From Candidatus Omnitrophota bacterium (GTDB lineage Bacteria > Omnitrophota > Gorgyraeia > Zapsychrales > Zapsychraceae): a stretch of DNA of 64,000 bases. A program made the position numbers and the translations under genes. A model generated the notes under the pieces. That model had not been told where the DNA came from, did no database searches, and was given only the letters and a program-made list of their open reading frames with translations. Of the stretch, positions 29,582 through 38,763 are shown one piece after another (the first letter of the stretch is position 1; the number at the start of each line of letters is the position of its first letter). The stretch is taken from the NCBI GenBank assembly GCA_015233195.1, contig JADFYE010000012.1, positions 989 to 64,988 of the forward strand. The letters are read 5' to 3'.

Positions 29582-29959
29582 ATGCAAGAAATGATATTAA
29601 TGATTGATGATGAAGCAGATATTACTAAAACTGTACGATTTTTTTTAGAAGACGCTGGTTATGATGTAGCTATAGCTGGTAATGGTAAAGATGGGCTGGA
29701 AAAAGCCAGATTACATCATCCTAATTTGATTATATTGGACTTAAAATTACCGCAATTACCTGGAGAAGCAGTATGTAAAGAAATCCGTAATGATTCAAAA
29801 ATCGCCAATACTCCTATTATAATGCTTACATCAAAAGATTCAGATACTGATAGGGTAATCGGAAGAGTTATTGGTGCGGATTATTACATGACCAAACCTT
29901 TTGATCTGTATGTTTTAAGCGCAAAAATTAAAGAACTTTTAGATGCTAGAAAAAAATAA
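29582..29959 (+). CDS. Single-domain response regulator (CheY-like receiver)
   Basis: The DDE acidic pocket (MIDDEAD), phospho-acceptor context ILDLKLP, and the conserved T (LTS) and K (KPF). Confidence 0.9.
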   Translation: MQEMILMIDDEADITKTVRFFLEDAGYDVAIAGNGKDGLEKARLHHPNLIILDLKLPQLPGEAVCKEIRNDSKIANTPIIMLTSKDSDTDRVIGRVIGADYYMTKPFDLYVLSAKIKELLDARKK

Positions 29960-29979
29960 GTAAATAAAGATCGAAAAGA

Positions 29980-30015
29980 AAAAAGGTCGTCTATGATAGA
30001 CGACCTTTTTATTTT
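29980..30015. terminator. Strong, potentially bidirectional intrinsic terminator
   Basis: Perfect 10-bp stem AGGTCGTCTA/TAGACGACCT (29984-93/29997-30006) with a 3-nt loop. An A-tract lies upstream and TTTTTATTTT downstream. Confidence 0.8.
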
Positions 30016-30400
30016 ACCCGATCTAAACAAAAATTCTTTAATTTTGTTTAGCCCGGACTACACCTTACATATAATACTACTACCAAACCCGTGAACTGGT
30101 CACGGTATATGTAAGGAAAATGAGATTAATAGGCATATATTTATCGGGGATGGAAACTGTTTGCCAGATTTTTACCCCAAGTCAGTGGCGAATCAATTCC
30201 CTCTTTGAGCATGGCATTTCACGCTTGTTTCGAAATGCTCATTTATTCCTGCTCGTCCCCGATCATTTTTCAAACCTAAGTACTCATCAGATCATTCGAT
30301 CATTATTTCAAAGAACTTTTCTATCCTTATATTATGCTTTTATTAAAATAATGATATAGGACTAAAGTATCCTTGCTATACGATATTTTTCTTGTGATTA
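30016..30400. other. Highly structured non-coding island of unknown identity (candidate ncRNA or leader; strand unresolved)
   Basis: Nested helices read directly from the sequence: 30023-32/30042-51 (10 bp), 30063-73/30106-16 (11 bp) enclosing 30089-94/30100-05, long-range 30143-50/30256-63 (8 bp) enclosing 30214-20/30232-38, and 30325-60. G+C is visibly higher than in other spacers. Confidence 0.3.
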
Positions 30401-30445
30401 TTGTGGTATTATGTTAATTTTTCTACTTATAACGAAAGCGAAAAT

Positions 30446-32140
30446 ATGAAAAAATTCTGCATATTTTTATTATGTATTGCAATACCAACACTTGCAGCAG
30501 CTGCTGCTATGGACTTAGATCCGATAAGAGTATACAGCATGAAAGATATACTCAGAAATTCTGATGAGCCAGAACTTTTGCCAAGTTTATCTTCAGGTGT
30601 TGATATACAATCAAGGGTAAATAATGGAATGCTACAGGATGTTTCTATAAGAGGAGGATCTTTTGAAGATGCTGATGTAAGGATAGAAGGCGTACGCATA
30701 AATAATCCGCAAACCGGACATTTTAATCTTTCGGTACCAATAGTACCAACAGATCTTAAAAATACGCAGGTTGACCTTAATGGTCAGTATATTGATTATA
30801 GTCTGAAGGTGCCTAATAAAAATGAAGGTATTGTCCGAATGTCTGCAGGGAACGGCGGATATGTAGATTCAATTACTTCCGCTTCATTTGGAAAAGGAAA
30901 TACATATAACCGGGTATCATACGAAGGCATGCGTACTGATGGTCTAAGACCAGAAACAGACAGTAAGAAAAATTCAGCGTCCTATACGTTGTTTCATGAG
31001 GCTGATTTATTAACTTCACAAATATACGCGGCATATTTGCAAAAAGACTTTGGTGAGGGCGGCGCTTATGGCGCGCCATGGTATATGCGGGAAGAAGAGC
31101 ATTTAAAACAACAATTTGTTATGGGAAAATTCGCGTTTAAAGAAAATTTAGACCTGATATTAACCCCATATTTTCATCAAACTGATGATACGTTTTTCTT
31201 AGACCGATATAACCGCACTGCCAACCGCAATGACCACACAACATACGTTTACGGCAATGACGCGAAAATGTATTTTATGGATCGTTTGTTTTTTACTAAA
31301 TTGGACATTAGACAAGAAACGCTCCGTTCGACTAATTTGAATAAACATGACCGATTTATTTATGAATTTGGTATTGGTCAAGAAGAAAGACAATTTGGTA
31401 AATTTGGTTATAACTTTTATTGCGGCGCGCTAATGTTAAATAATTTTCCATATCAAACCATTCCTAAAGCTGGTGTATTTTATGATGTATTTGAACAATG
31501 GCGGTTAAGTTTTGATGCGAGTCGTAAATACCGTACACCGTCTTTTACCGAATTATATTATTTTTCACCGTCCAGTCACGGCAATGCTGATTTAGCGCCG
31601 CAATTTTCTGACAACTATGAAGTAGGATTAACCCATAAAACCGAAAAATTTGTAGCCAGAATTGATAGTTTTTATAGATACGAAAAAGATGCAATTGATT
31701 GGGTCAGAAACAATAGTGACTCCTTTTATAGAGCGGTCAATGTAGAGAAGATTCAAACTTCAGGTTACGACTTGAAAGTTCAATATGATCTTGATTGGAA
31801 ATTTTTAAAAAGATTCTCAACTGAATTTACTGGTCTTTATTTAACCAAAAATAATAATTGGGATATGTCTAAATACGCGTTTGAATATTTACGAAACAGA
31901 TTAGTTTGTAAATTAGAACAATCTGTGGGCAAATGGGATTTTGCTTTGGCATATATTTACGAGGATCATATCAGCCAAAAAAGCCGCTCAATAGTTAACG
32001 GGGATATTGTGTATAAAATTTCCAAAAATATGGATACTTTTATTAAAATGGAAAATATGTTTGATAATGATTATTATGAGATGCGGTATATTGAAGCAGC
32101 GCCGATGTCGATTAGGGGGGGAGTGGAAATTAAATTTTAA
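30446..32140 (+). CDS. TonB-dependent outer-membrane receptor (small, BtuB-sized, 564 aa)
   Basis: Signal peptide MKKFCIFLLCIAIPTLAAAAA, a plug-domain motif (IRGGSFEDADVRIEGVRINNP), beta-barrel repeats, and a terminal aromatic residue (VEIKF). The start was moved from 30401. Confidence 0.85.
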   Translation: MKKFCIFLLCIAIPTLAAAAAMDLDPIRVYSMKDILRNSDEPELLPSLSSGVDIQSRVNNGMLQDVSIRGGSFEDADVRIEGVRINNPQTGHFNLSVPIVPTDLKNTQVDLNGQYIDYSLKVPNKNEGIVRMSAGNGGYVDSITSASFGKGNTYNRVSYEGMRTDGLRPETDSKKNSASYTLFHEADLLTSQIYAAYLQKDFGEGGAYGAPWYMREEEHLKQQFVMGKFAFKENLDLILTPYFHQTDDTFFLDRYNRTANRNDHTTYVYGNDAKMYFMDRLFFTKLDIRQETLRSTNLNKHDRFIYEFGIGQEERQFGKFGYNFYCGALMLNNFPYQTIPKAGVFYDVFEQWRLSFDASRKYRTPSFTELYYFSPSSHGNADLAPQFSDNYEVGLTHKTEKFVARIDSFYRYEKDAIDWVRNNSDSFYRAVNVEKIQTSGYDLKVQYDLDWKFLKRFSTEFTGLYLTKNNNWDMSKYAFEYLRNRLVCKLEQSVGKWDFALAYIYEDHISQKSRSIVNGDIVYKISKNMDTFIKMENMFDNDYYEMRYIEAAPMSIRGGVEIKF

Positions 32141-32161
32141 AGGGGTATAGAGGTAAAAAGC

Positions 32162-32539
32162 GTGTTAGAGAAAGTAAGAATTGATAAATGGTTATGCGCG
32201 GTACGGATATTTAAAACGCGTTCTTTAGCTTCCGAGATGTGTGAACGGGAGAAGGTGTGGGTAGACGGACAAAGGGTAAAGCCTTCCCGAGAAATTAAAG
32301 TCGGACAAAAAATAAAAGTCCGCAAAGAAAATATTGATTGGGAATTTGAAGTTTTACAATGCATTGATAAGCGCGTAAGCGCGCCAATATCTTTGGAATG
32401 CAAAAAAGATATTACGCCGCCTGAAGTTTTAGAGCGAGCTAAATTGATCCGCAGCATGTGGACAGCCAGACGTGAACCAGGAACCGGTCGCCCAACAAAA
32501 AAAGAACGACGCGAACTAGACGCATTTATGGATTTATAA
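32162..32539 (+). CDS. S4-domain RNA-binding protein (Hsp15/HslR-like)
   Basis: GTG start after AGAGG. S4 motif RIDKWLCAVRIFKTRSLASEMC...V.VDGQRVKPS and a basic C-terminal tail. Confidence 0.8.
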   Translation: MLEKVRIDKWLCAVRIFKTRSLASEMCEREKVWVDGQRVKPSREIKVGQKIKVRKENIDWEFEVLQCIDKRVSAPISLECKKDITPPEVLERAKLIRSMWTARREPGTGRPTKKERRELDAFMDL

Positions 32540-32542
32540 TCT

Positions 32543-33301
32543 ATGTTACAAGATGTTCACATTCATTTACAAGAATTAAAAACTGAAACTGAGCTAACAG
32601 AACTACTGTATCAGGCAGAGCAATCCAATATACAGCGGCTATTTTGCAATGGCATAAAACCTAACGACTGGGAGCGCGTATTAAATATTGCGCAGAATAA
32701 TAAAAATATTGTTCCTTTTTTTGGCGTTCATCCTTGGAATGTTGATAATTTGGATAAAAATTGGTTTAGTGAACTCAAACGCTATTTAATGTCAATGCCG
32801 TCAGGCATAGGCGAGATCGGTCTTGATAAAACCCAAAATGCCGGCGATTTTGAAACACAAAAATTTGTTTTCAAAAAACAAATTGAACTTGCAATAGAGC
32901 TGAACCGTCCATTTATTATACATTGCGTTAGAGCGTGGGGAAATTTGTTAGACGCGTTAAAACCTTATGATCTTGAAAATCATCCATTTATAATTCACTG
33001 TTTTTTAGGTCCAATAGAAGTAGCTGATAAACTAATAAAATCCGGAGCGTATTTATCAGCGTCATTAAAGTTACTATCAGATAAAAATCAACATTCAATA
33101 AACGAAGTATTTGAAAAAATTCCTGTTGAAAAAATATTAGCTGAAACTGATTACCCATATGTGCCAAGATCTTTAGAGACTGCGCCATATTCGGTTCATC
33201 TAAAAAATTTGTATTTAAAATTAAGCAAATTAAAACAAATCCCTGAAAAAGAATTAGAACAAATCCTTTGGTATAATGGTACAAAAATAATTTCAAGCTG
33301 A
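32543..33301 (+). CDS. TatD family metal-dependent hydrolase
   Basis: The HIH metal motif near the N-terminus (DVHIHLQ), IGEIGLD, IIHC twice, and ETDYPY. Confidence 0.85.
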   Translation: MLQDVHIHLQELKTETELTELLYQAEQSNIQRLFCNGIKPNDWERVLNIAQNNKNIVPFFGVHPWNVDNLDKNWFSELKRYLMSMPSGIGEIGLDKTQNAGDFETQKFVFKKQIELAIELNRPFIIHCVRAWGNLLDALKPYDLENHPFIIHCFLGPIEVADKLIKSGAYLSASLKLLSDKNQHSINEVFEKIPVEKILAETDYPYVPRSLETAPYSVHLKNLYLKLSKLKQIPEKELEQILWYNGTKIISS

Positions 33302-33310
33302 GGTAGAATA

Positions 33311-34012
33311 ATGAACGACACTTTAACGAAATTAAAAAAACGTCTGCGTGATTTCGCGTCTAAAGAAGACGCAAAATTTTTACAAAGATTTTTTAAAACT
33401 GGTCCAGGTCAATATGGTGAAGGCGACGTATTTATAGGGGTGCGAGTTCCGGATAATCGAAAAGTTGCAAAAGAATTTAAAGACCTATCAATGTCTGACC
33501 TTAATATTTTAATAAAATCTCCTATACATGAAGAAAGATTATTAGCGCTTATTATTATTACTTTCCAATTTGCCAAAGCCGACGATAAGAATCAAAAATT
33601 ACTATTTGATCTATATTTATCAAACACTAAATCTATAAATAATTGGGATTTGGTAGATTTGAGCGCGCCGAATGTGGTAGGCGCATATTTATTAAATCGT
33701 GATCGTTCTATATTATTCAAAATGGCTAAATCAAAATTGTTATGGGATAGACGTATTGCAGTAGTTGCGACCCATTATTTTATACGAAATAATAGTTTTG
33801 ATCATACCTTAAAAATATCCGAAATGTTATTGGAAGATAATGAAGATCTCATGCATAAAGCCGCAGGCTGGATGCTGCGTGAAGTTGGAAAACGAGATGT
33901 TGAGGTATTACGTGGTTTTTTAAATAAACATCACAAAATTATGCCCCGTACCATGCTTCGGTATGCTATTGAAAAATTTGAGGAAAAAGAACGAAAGAGT
34001 TATCTTAAATGA
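33311..34012 (+). CDS. DNA alkylation repair protein (AlkD-like HEAT-repeat family)
   Basis: Family-typical FFKTGPGQYGEGDVFIGVRVP..RK.AKEF, HEERLLAL and NNWDLVD. Confidence 0.8.
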   Translation: MNDTLTKLKKRLRDFASKEDAKFLQRFFKTGPGQYGEGDVFIGVRVPDNRKVAKEFKDLSMSDLNILIKSPIHEERLLALIIITFQFAKADDKNQKLLFDLYLSNTKSINNWDLVDLSAPNVVGAYLLNRDRSILFKMAKSKLLWDRRIAVVATHYFIRNNSFDHTLKISEMLLEDNEDLMHKAAGWMLREVGKRDVEVLRGFLNKHHKIMPRTMLRYAIEKFEEKERKSYLK

Positions 34013-34944
34013 ATTTACCAGTTAAATTTATTGAAAGATTAAAACAGATCATTCCGCCTGAAAACTATGCGGATGTTCTGGAAACTTTTTCGCTACCGCG
34101 CAAAGCCTGGATGCGAATTAATCGACTTAAATCTAACATTGCCTCAGTACGCGAAATTTTAGATGCCGAAAATATAAAATATGAACAAAATCCGATATTT
34201 GAATTCGCCTTATTGATAGATCAATTGGCTAAAGACGCTGAAATCATAAATGACCTTATTTCAAAAGGCATTTTATATCCTCAAAATATTTCAAGTATGC
34301 TGCCTGCATTAATATTAAATCCTCAAGCGGGCGAAAATATTTTAGACACTTGCGCAGCGCCTGGAAGCAAAACATCGCAAATGGCTGAAATGATGCAAAA
34401 TAAAGGAAACATCCAAGCGATTGAAGCGATTCCTAAACGTTTATTTAAACTGCGTTCTATAATGCAATTATTAGGAGTTGAAATAGTTGATTCCTGCTGC
34501 TGTGACGCCAGAAAATTTAATGCCAATGACCAATTATTCGATAAAATTCTGGTCGATGCTCCTTGCAGTTCTGAAGGGCGGTTTTCAACTAATGACCCTA
34601 AAACTATTGGCTATTGGAGTCCACGTAAAATCAAAGAAATGATGCAAAAACAACGCGGGATATTGCTGTCAGCCAGCCGTTTGCTTAAAACCGGCGGTAC
34701 CTTAATATATTCTACCTGCACTTTTGCTCCTGAAGAAAATGAAGGGATTATTGACTGGTTCTTACGTAAATGCGATCCTTCGATTAAAATGGAATCAATA
34801 AATCTACCCAATAATATTAAAACCTATCCAGCCATAACCTCCTGGGGGAAAAAATTATATTCACATGAAGTTGCCAAATCAATTCGAATATTACCTAATG
34901 GCATTTACGAAGCATTTTTTATGGCAATGTTTAAAAAATTTTAA
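34009..34944 (+). CDS. RsmB/RsmF (NOL1/NOP2/Sun) family RNA m5C methyltransferase
   Basis: SAM motif LDTCAAPGSKT and catalytic Cys motifs DAPCSSEGRF and YSTCTFAPEENE. It overlaps the upstream gene by 4 nt. Confidence 0.85.
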   Translation: MNLPVKFIERLKQIIPPENYADVLETFSLPRKAWMRINRLKSNIASVREILDAENIKYEQNPIFEFALLIDQLAKDAEIINDLISKGILYPQNISSMLPALILNPQAGENILDTCAAPGSKTSQMAEMMQNKGNIQAIEAIPKRLFKLRSIMQLLGVEIVDSCCCDARKFNANDQLFDKILVDAPCSSEGRFSTNDPKTIGYWSPRKIKEMMQKQRGILLSASRLLKTGGTLIYSTCTFAPEENEGIIDWFLRKCDPSIKMESINLPNNIKTYPAITSWGKKLYSHEVAKSIRILPNGIYEAFFMAMFKKF

Positions 34945-34986
34945 ATATTTCATCCTAATTGCTGCTTTTATAATAGAATATCTCAT

Positions 34987-35697
34987 ATGAAAACAACTTT
35001 ACTTATTCCAGTGCTAAATGAAATAGACGGCTTAAAAGCCATAATGCCCCAAATCAAGAGGGAATGGGTCGATCAAATACTTTTCGTGGACGGACAATCT
35101 ACAGACGGCACCATTGATTACTTAAAACAAAATAATTACGAATATGTAATTCAACAAAAAAAAGGTATGCGCTATGCTTACCTTGAAGCTTGGCCGCATA
35201 TAAAAGGTGACGTAGTTTTGACTTTCAGTCCAGACGGTAATTCAGTAGCAGACCGTATTCCGCCTTGCATTGAAAAAATGAAGGAAGGTTATGATATGGT
35301 CATTGTTTCCCGCTATGCTCCAGGAGCCAAAAGCGAAGATGATGATGCCATAACCGGATTTGGCAACTGGATGTTCACTTCCCTAATTAATTTTTGCCAT
35401 GGCGGGAAATATACTGATGCTATGGTAATTTACCGCGCTTACCGTAAAGATCTTATCTATGAGCTTAGTCTGGATTTGGATAAACATTATGAAATTGAAG
35501 AAAAACTTTTCCATACCCGAGTTAGCTGGGAGCCGTTATTATCTATGCGCGCTGCCCGTAAAAAACTTAAAATCGCGGAAATTCCCGGTGATGAACCAAA
35601 ACGATTAGGCGGAGTGCGTAAATTGCAAATCATACGCTGGGGTTCAGTTTTCATGTACGAACTTATCCGTGAAATGTTCATGAAAGATTATAGTTAA
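34987..35697 (+). CDS. Family 2 glycosyltransferase (polyprenyl-phosphate sugar synthase-like)
   Basis: N-terminal LIPVLNE, the DGQSTDGT (DxD-type) motif and a GT-A fold length of 236 aa. Confidence 0.8.
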   Translation: MKTTLLIPVLNEIDGLKAIMPQIKREWVDQILFVDGQSTDGTIDYLKQNNYEYVIQQKKGMRYAYLEAWPHIKGDVVLTFSPDGNSVADRIPPCIEKMKEGYDMVIVSRYAPGAKSEDDDAITGFGNWMFTSLINFCHGGKYTDAMVIYRAYRKDLIYELSLDLDKHYEIEEKLFHTRVSWEPLLSMRAARKKLKIAEIPGDEPKRLGGVRKLQIIRWGSVFMYELIREMFMKDYS

Positions 35698-35718
35698 AAA
35701 TATTTTTCAGCTTGCCCC

Positions 35719-35774
35719 TTGACATTTTCAATTTCTGTGTTACTATTTGTAGTAACGTTACTGCATATAGTAAC
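35719..35774 (+). promoter_or_regulatory. trp promoter with two abutting 18-bp palindromic operators
   Basis: TTGACA (35719-24), a 16-nt spacer, then TACTAT (35741-46). Operator 1 is GTTACTAtttgTAGTAAC (35739-56) and operator 2 is GTTACTgcatatAGTAAC (35757-74). Both contain ACTA/TAGT half-sites like the E. coli TrpR operator. Confidence 0.55.
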
Positions 35775-35785
35775 ATGGAGGAACG

Positions 35786-37177
35786 ATGAAAAAGAAAATA
35801 GTAATTAAGACCGTAGCCGCGGAAAGATTTACGCCGCTGGTAGTTTTTAAAAAACTCAACGCGCGAGCCCTGCTTGAATCAGCAGTATTGGCTATAGGTC
35901 AAAGCCGCTATTCCATTATCCTGGTCGAAGAAGCGTTTAGGTTAATGCTTGACCACCAAGGCGTACACCAGGTCACAGCTGGAGTCAAGCGTACCTTAAC
36001 CAAAGATAAAAGCCAATTCATTAAGTTGTTGAAAGAGGCAGGCAAAGAAGTTTTAACCAAAGAAAATTTTGGTATTCCAATTCCTGCAGCAGGATTAGGT
36101 TTTTTAGGCTATGAAACTGCCGCATTATTCGATAAAATAAAACTGCATCAGCAAATTGACGATCTAAAACTACCGGATAGCATTTTTATGTTCGGTTCTG
36201 TTTTTGCTATTTTTGACCATTATAAATCAGAATTACATCTGCTTGCTTTAGACGAAGATACTTCAACTGCAAAAGCAAAATTAGAAGGCTTAGCATTACG
36301 TTTATTTGATGACGATTTTCGCGCTTATAAATCTCAGGACCAGCATTTCGACTATACGGCTGATATTGAATCAGGTAAAAGCGATTTTCTAAAAGGCGTA
36401 CAAATAATACGCGACCATATTATAAAAGGGAATTTAGTACAAGCAGTTTTGTCCCGCAGGGTAAAAATTAATACAAAATTACCACCGATAGACGCCTACA
36501 GCAGGTTAAGACGTGAAAATCCTTCTCCATACCTATTTTATCTGGATTTTGATGAATTCCAACTTTTAGGAGCATCACCGGAACTTATGGTCTCATTATC
36601 CGGAGAGATCGCGACTGTAAAACCAATTGCCGGGACGCGTAAAAGAGGAAAAGACCGGGCTGAAGATGTTGAGCTTGAAAAAGAATTATTATCAGACGAG
36701 AAAGAACGCGCTGAACATTTAATGTTAGTCGATTTGGCACGTAATGATCTTGGAAGAATAGCAGTAGCAGGTAAAGTTTCACCGGTACATCTTTACGGCG
36801 TAGAACGCTATTCTCACGTTATGCATATTGTCTCTGAAATAGAAGCTTTAATGCGTAAAGACTGCGATGTTTATGATTTAATAAAAGCTACTTTTCCGGC
36901 GGGCACTGTATCAGGTGCGCCTAAAATAATTGCAATGGAGATAGTATCCCAATTAGAAAAAACTAAACGCGGACCTTATGCTGGTCTGGTCGGGCATTTT
37001 GATATAAGCGGAGATTTTGATTCCTGCATTACTATCCGCTCGTATATCCATAAAAACGACAATTATTACGTCCAGGCAGGGGCAGGAATCGTATATGATT
37101 CAATACCTGAACGCGAATTTGAAGAAACTGTTTATAAATCAAAAGCCTCGATAAAAGCTTTAGGTGTAAAAATATGA
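35786..37177 (+). CDS. trpE: Anthranilate synthase component I
   Basis: RBS GGAGGAA. Chorismate-binding core (SPELMVSL, IAGTRKRG, HLMLVDLARNDLGRI, GTVSGAPK, RGPYAGLVG). It is the first gene of the trp cluster. Confidence 0.92.
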   Translation: MKKKIVIKTVAAERFTPLVVFKKLNARALLESAVLAIGQSRYSIILVEEAFRLMLDHQGVHQVTAGVKRTLTKDKSQFIKLLKEAGKEVLTKENFGIPIPAAGLGFLGYETAALFDKIKLHQQIDDLKLPDSIFMFGSVFAIFDHYKSELHLLALDEDTSTAKAKLEGLALRLFDDDFRAYKSQDQHFDYTADIESGKSDFLKGVQIIRDHIIKGNLVQAVLSRRVKINTKLPPIDAYSRLRRENPSPYLFYLDFDEFQLLGASPELMVSLSGEIATVKPIAGTRKRGKDRAEDVELEKELLSDEKERAEHLMLVDLARNDLGRIAVAGKVSPVHLYGVERYSHVMHIVSEIEALMRKDCDVYDLIKATFPAGTVSGAPKIIAMEIVSQLEKTKRGPYAGLVGHFDISGDFDSCITIRSYIHKNDNYYVQAGAGIVYDSIPEREFEETVYKSKASIKALGVKI

Positions 37178-38763
37178 TACTAATGATCGATAATTATGAC
37201 TCATTTACTTATAACGTGGTCCAGCTGATATCTAAACTTGGATATCAAGTAAATACTGTGCGCAACGATGAAATAACTATATCGCAGATCGAACAACTCA
37301 AACCATCGCATATCGTAATATCTCCCGGACCGGGATATCCTAAAGATGCAGGCATCAGTTTAAAAGTTATAAAACATTTCGCAGGAACAATCCCGATCCT
37401 GGGTATTTGCTTAGGACATCAATGTATTATTGAAGCTTTTGGCGGACGAATAATTCCTGCCGGAAAAATCGTGCACGGTAAAACTTCAAAAATAATTCAT
37501 GATAATAAAGGAATATTCCGTAATATTATTCAAGGATTAGAAGTAGTTCGTTATCATTCTTTAGCCGGTGATCCTAAGGCTATGCCGGATTGCTTGGAAA
37601 TAACCGCTACGACCGAAGACGGAACAATTATGGGTGTGCGGCACCGTAAGCATCAAATTGTAGGAGTGCAATTCCACCCTGAATCAATCGGTACCAAAAT
37701 GGGGGAAGAGATATTAAAAAATTTTTTCCATTACCGCACTGATGAAGTACAAGCCTTGAAATTAATTGCAAAGGTAACGCGAGGTGAAGATCTTGATGCA
37801 AAAGAAAGTTACCGCATCATGGACGAGATAACGTCTGGAGATCTGGCAGATAGCCAATTAGGCTCATTTTTAGGCGCATTGTCAGTAAAAGGTATTACTC
37901 CGATTGAATTAAGCAGTTTTGTTACTCTTTTACGGGATAAAGCCGGAATCAAAACAGTCATGAAAGGTTGTCTTGACACCTGTGGCACTGGTGGCGACGG
38001 TAAACACACTTTCAATATTTCAACTGCTGCCGCGCTTTTATGCGGTTATGCAGACATAAAAGTAGCAAAACATGGAAATAGGGCAGTAAGTTCTAAATCC
38101 GGAAGTTTTGATTTCTTAAACAGCTTAAAAATAAATACTCAAGGCAAGATTGATGACAATATTAAATCTTTGAAAAAAAATAATTTTGCTTTCTTTTTCG
38201 CGCCAAATTATCATTCAACCATGCGTTATGTCGCAAAAGTACGTCAGGAAATAAAAATCCGCACTGTATTTAACATGATCGGTCCTTTGGCAAATCCCTT
38301 ACAATTAGATTATCAACTAGTAGGCGTATTTGATCCGAAATTATTAGATTTGTTTGCAGCAGCATTGCAAAAATTGGGTCGGAAACATGCTTTAGTAGTG
38401 CATTCTCAAGACGGGTTAGACGAGATAAGTATTGCCGCAAAAACTTCGATACGGGAACTTTTACCAAACCATAAAATACTCTCTTATGAGATTGATCCAA
38501 AAGATTTTGGAATTAAAGGATTTAAATTAACTGATCTTGAAGGCAGTTCATCAAATGAAAATGTTAATGTGTTTATGAAAATTATTTCCGGCAAAAAACT
38601 TGATCATAAAACTCTTGCGGTTAAAAATGCTATAGCTATAAACGCTGGTGCAGCATTTTATATTTGCGGTAAAAGCGAGTCGATAAAAGAAGGATATAAC
38701 TTGGCTATGAAAAAAATATCAGAAAATGGATTTAAAAAATATTTAGAAAAGTTAAAAATATGA
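37174..38763 (+). CDS. trpGD: Fused anthranilate synthase component II (glutamine amidotransferase) and anthranilate phosphoribosyltransferase
   Basis: The N-terminal GATase has MIDNYDSFTYN, GICLGHQ and FHPES. The C-terminal TrpD has CGTGGDGKHTFNISTAAALL and KHGNRAVSSKSGS. It overlaps trpE by 4 nt. Confidence 0.92.
   Translation: MILMIDNYDSFTYNVVQLISKLGYQVNTVRNDEITISQIEQLKPSHIVISPGPGYPKDAGISLKVIKHFAGTIPILGICLGHQCIIEAFGGRIIPAGKIVHGKTSKIIHDNKGIFRNIIQGLEVVRYHSLAGDPKAMPDCLEITATTEDGTIMGVRHRKHQIVGVQFHPESIGTKMGEEILKNFFHYRTDEVQALKLIAKVTRGEDLDAKESYRIMDEITSGDLADSQLGSFLGALSVKGITPIELSSFVTLLRDKAGIKTVMKGCLDTCGTGGDGKHTFNISTAAALLCGYADIKVAKHGNRAVSSKSGSFDFLNSLKINTQGKIDDNIKSLKKNNFAFFFAPNYHSTMRYVAKVRQEIKIRTVFNMIGPLANPLQLDYQLVGVFDPKLLDLFAAALQKLGRKHALVVHSQDGLDEISIAAKTSIRELLPNHKILSYEIDPKDFGIKGFKLTDLEGSSSNENVNVFMKIISGKKLDHKTLAVKNAIAINAGAAFYICGKSESIKEGYNLAMKKISENGFKKYLEKLKI

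Noticed and set aside
30050-30059. AGUCCGGGCU (minus strand), resembling the RNase P RNA P4 5' strand
   Set aside because: None of the other universally conserved RNase P blocks (GGUAAGAGC, ACAGAA.CCGGCUUA) are present nearby, and the position relative to the terminator is wrong.
30183-30201. Cobalamin-riboswitch-like fragments on the minus strand (GGGAA...GCCACUG) next to a BtuB-sized TonB receptor
   Set aside because: They are on the wrong strand to regulate the + strand receptor. The GGUG..AAUCC segment and the B12 box are missing, and no minus-strand gene follows. The resemblance is too partial.
30268-30290. Hammerhead-ribozyme-like core on the minus strand (CUGAUGAG...GAAA)
   Set aside because: The 12 nt between CUGAUGA and GAAA (GUACUUAGGUUU) cannot form the required stem II. 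I also found no matching stem I/III or cleavage-site context. It is probably a chance match.
30120-30359. 79-aa + strand ORF inside the structured intergenic island
   Set aside because: The AAGGA is only 2-3 nt from the ATG. The product is low-complexity L/F/I/S-rich with no recognisable motif, and the ORF overlaps the strongest RNA helices. I kept it only as a caveat in the finding rather than calling it a CDS.
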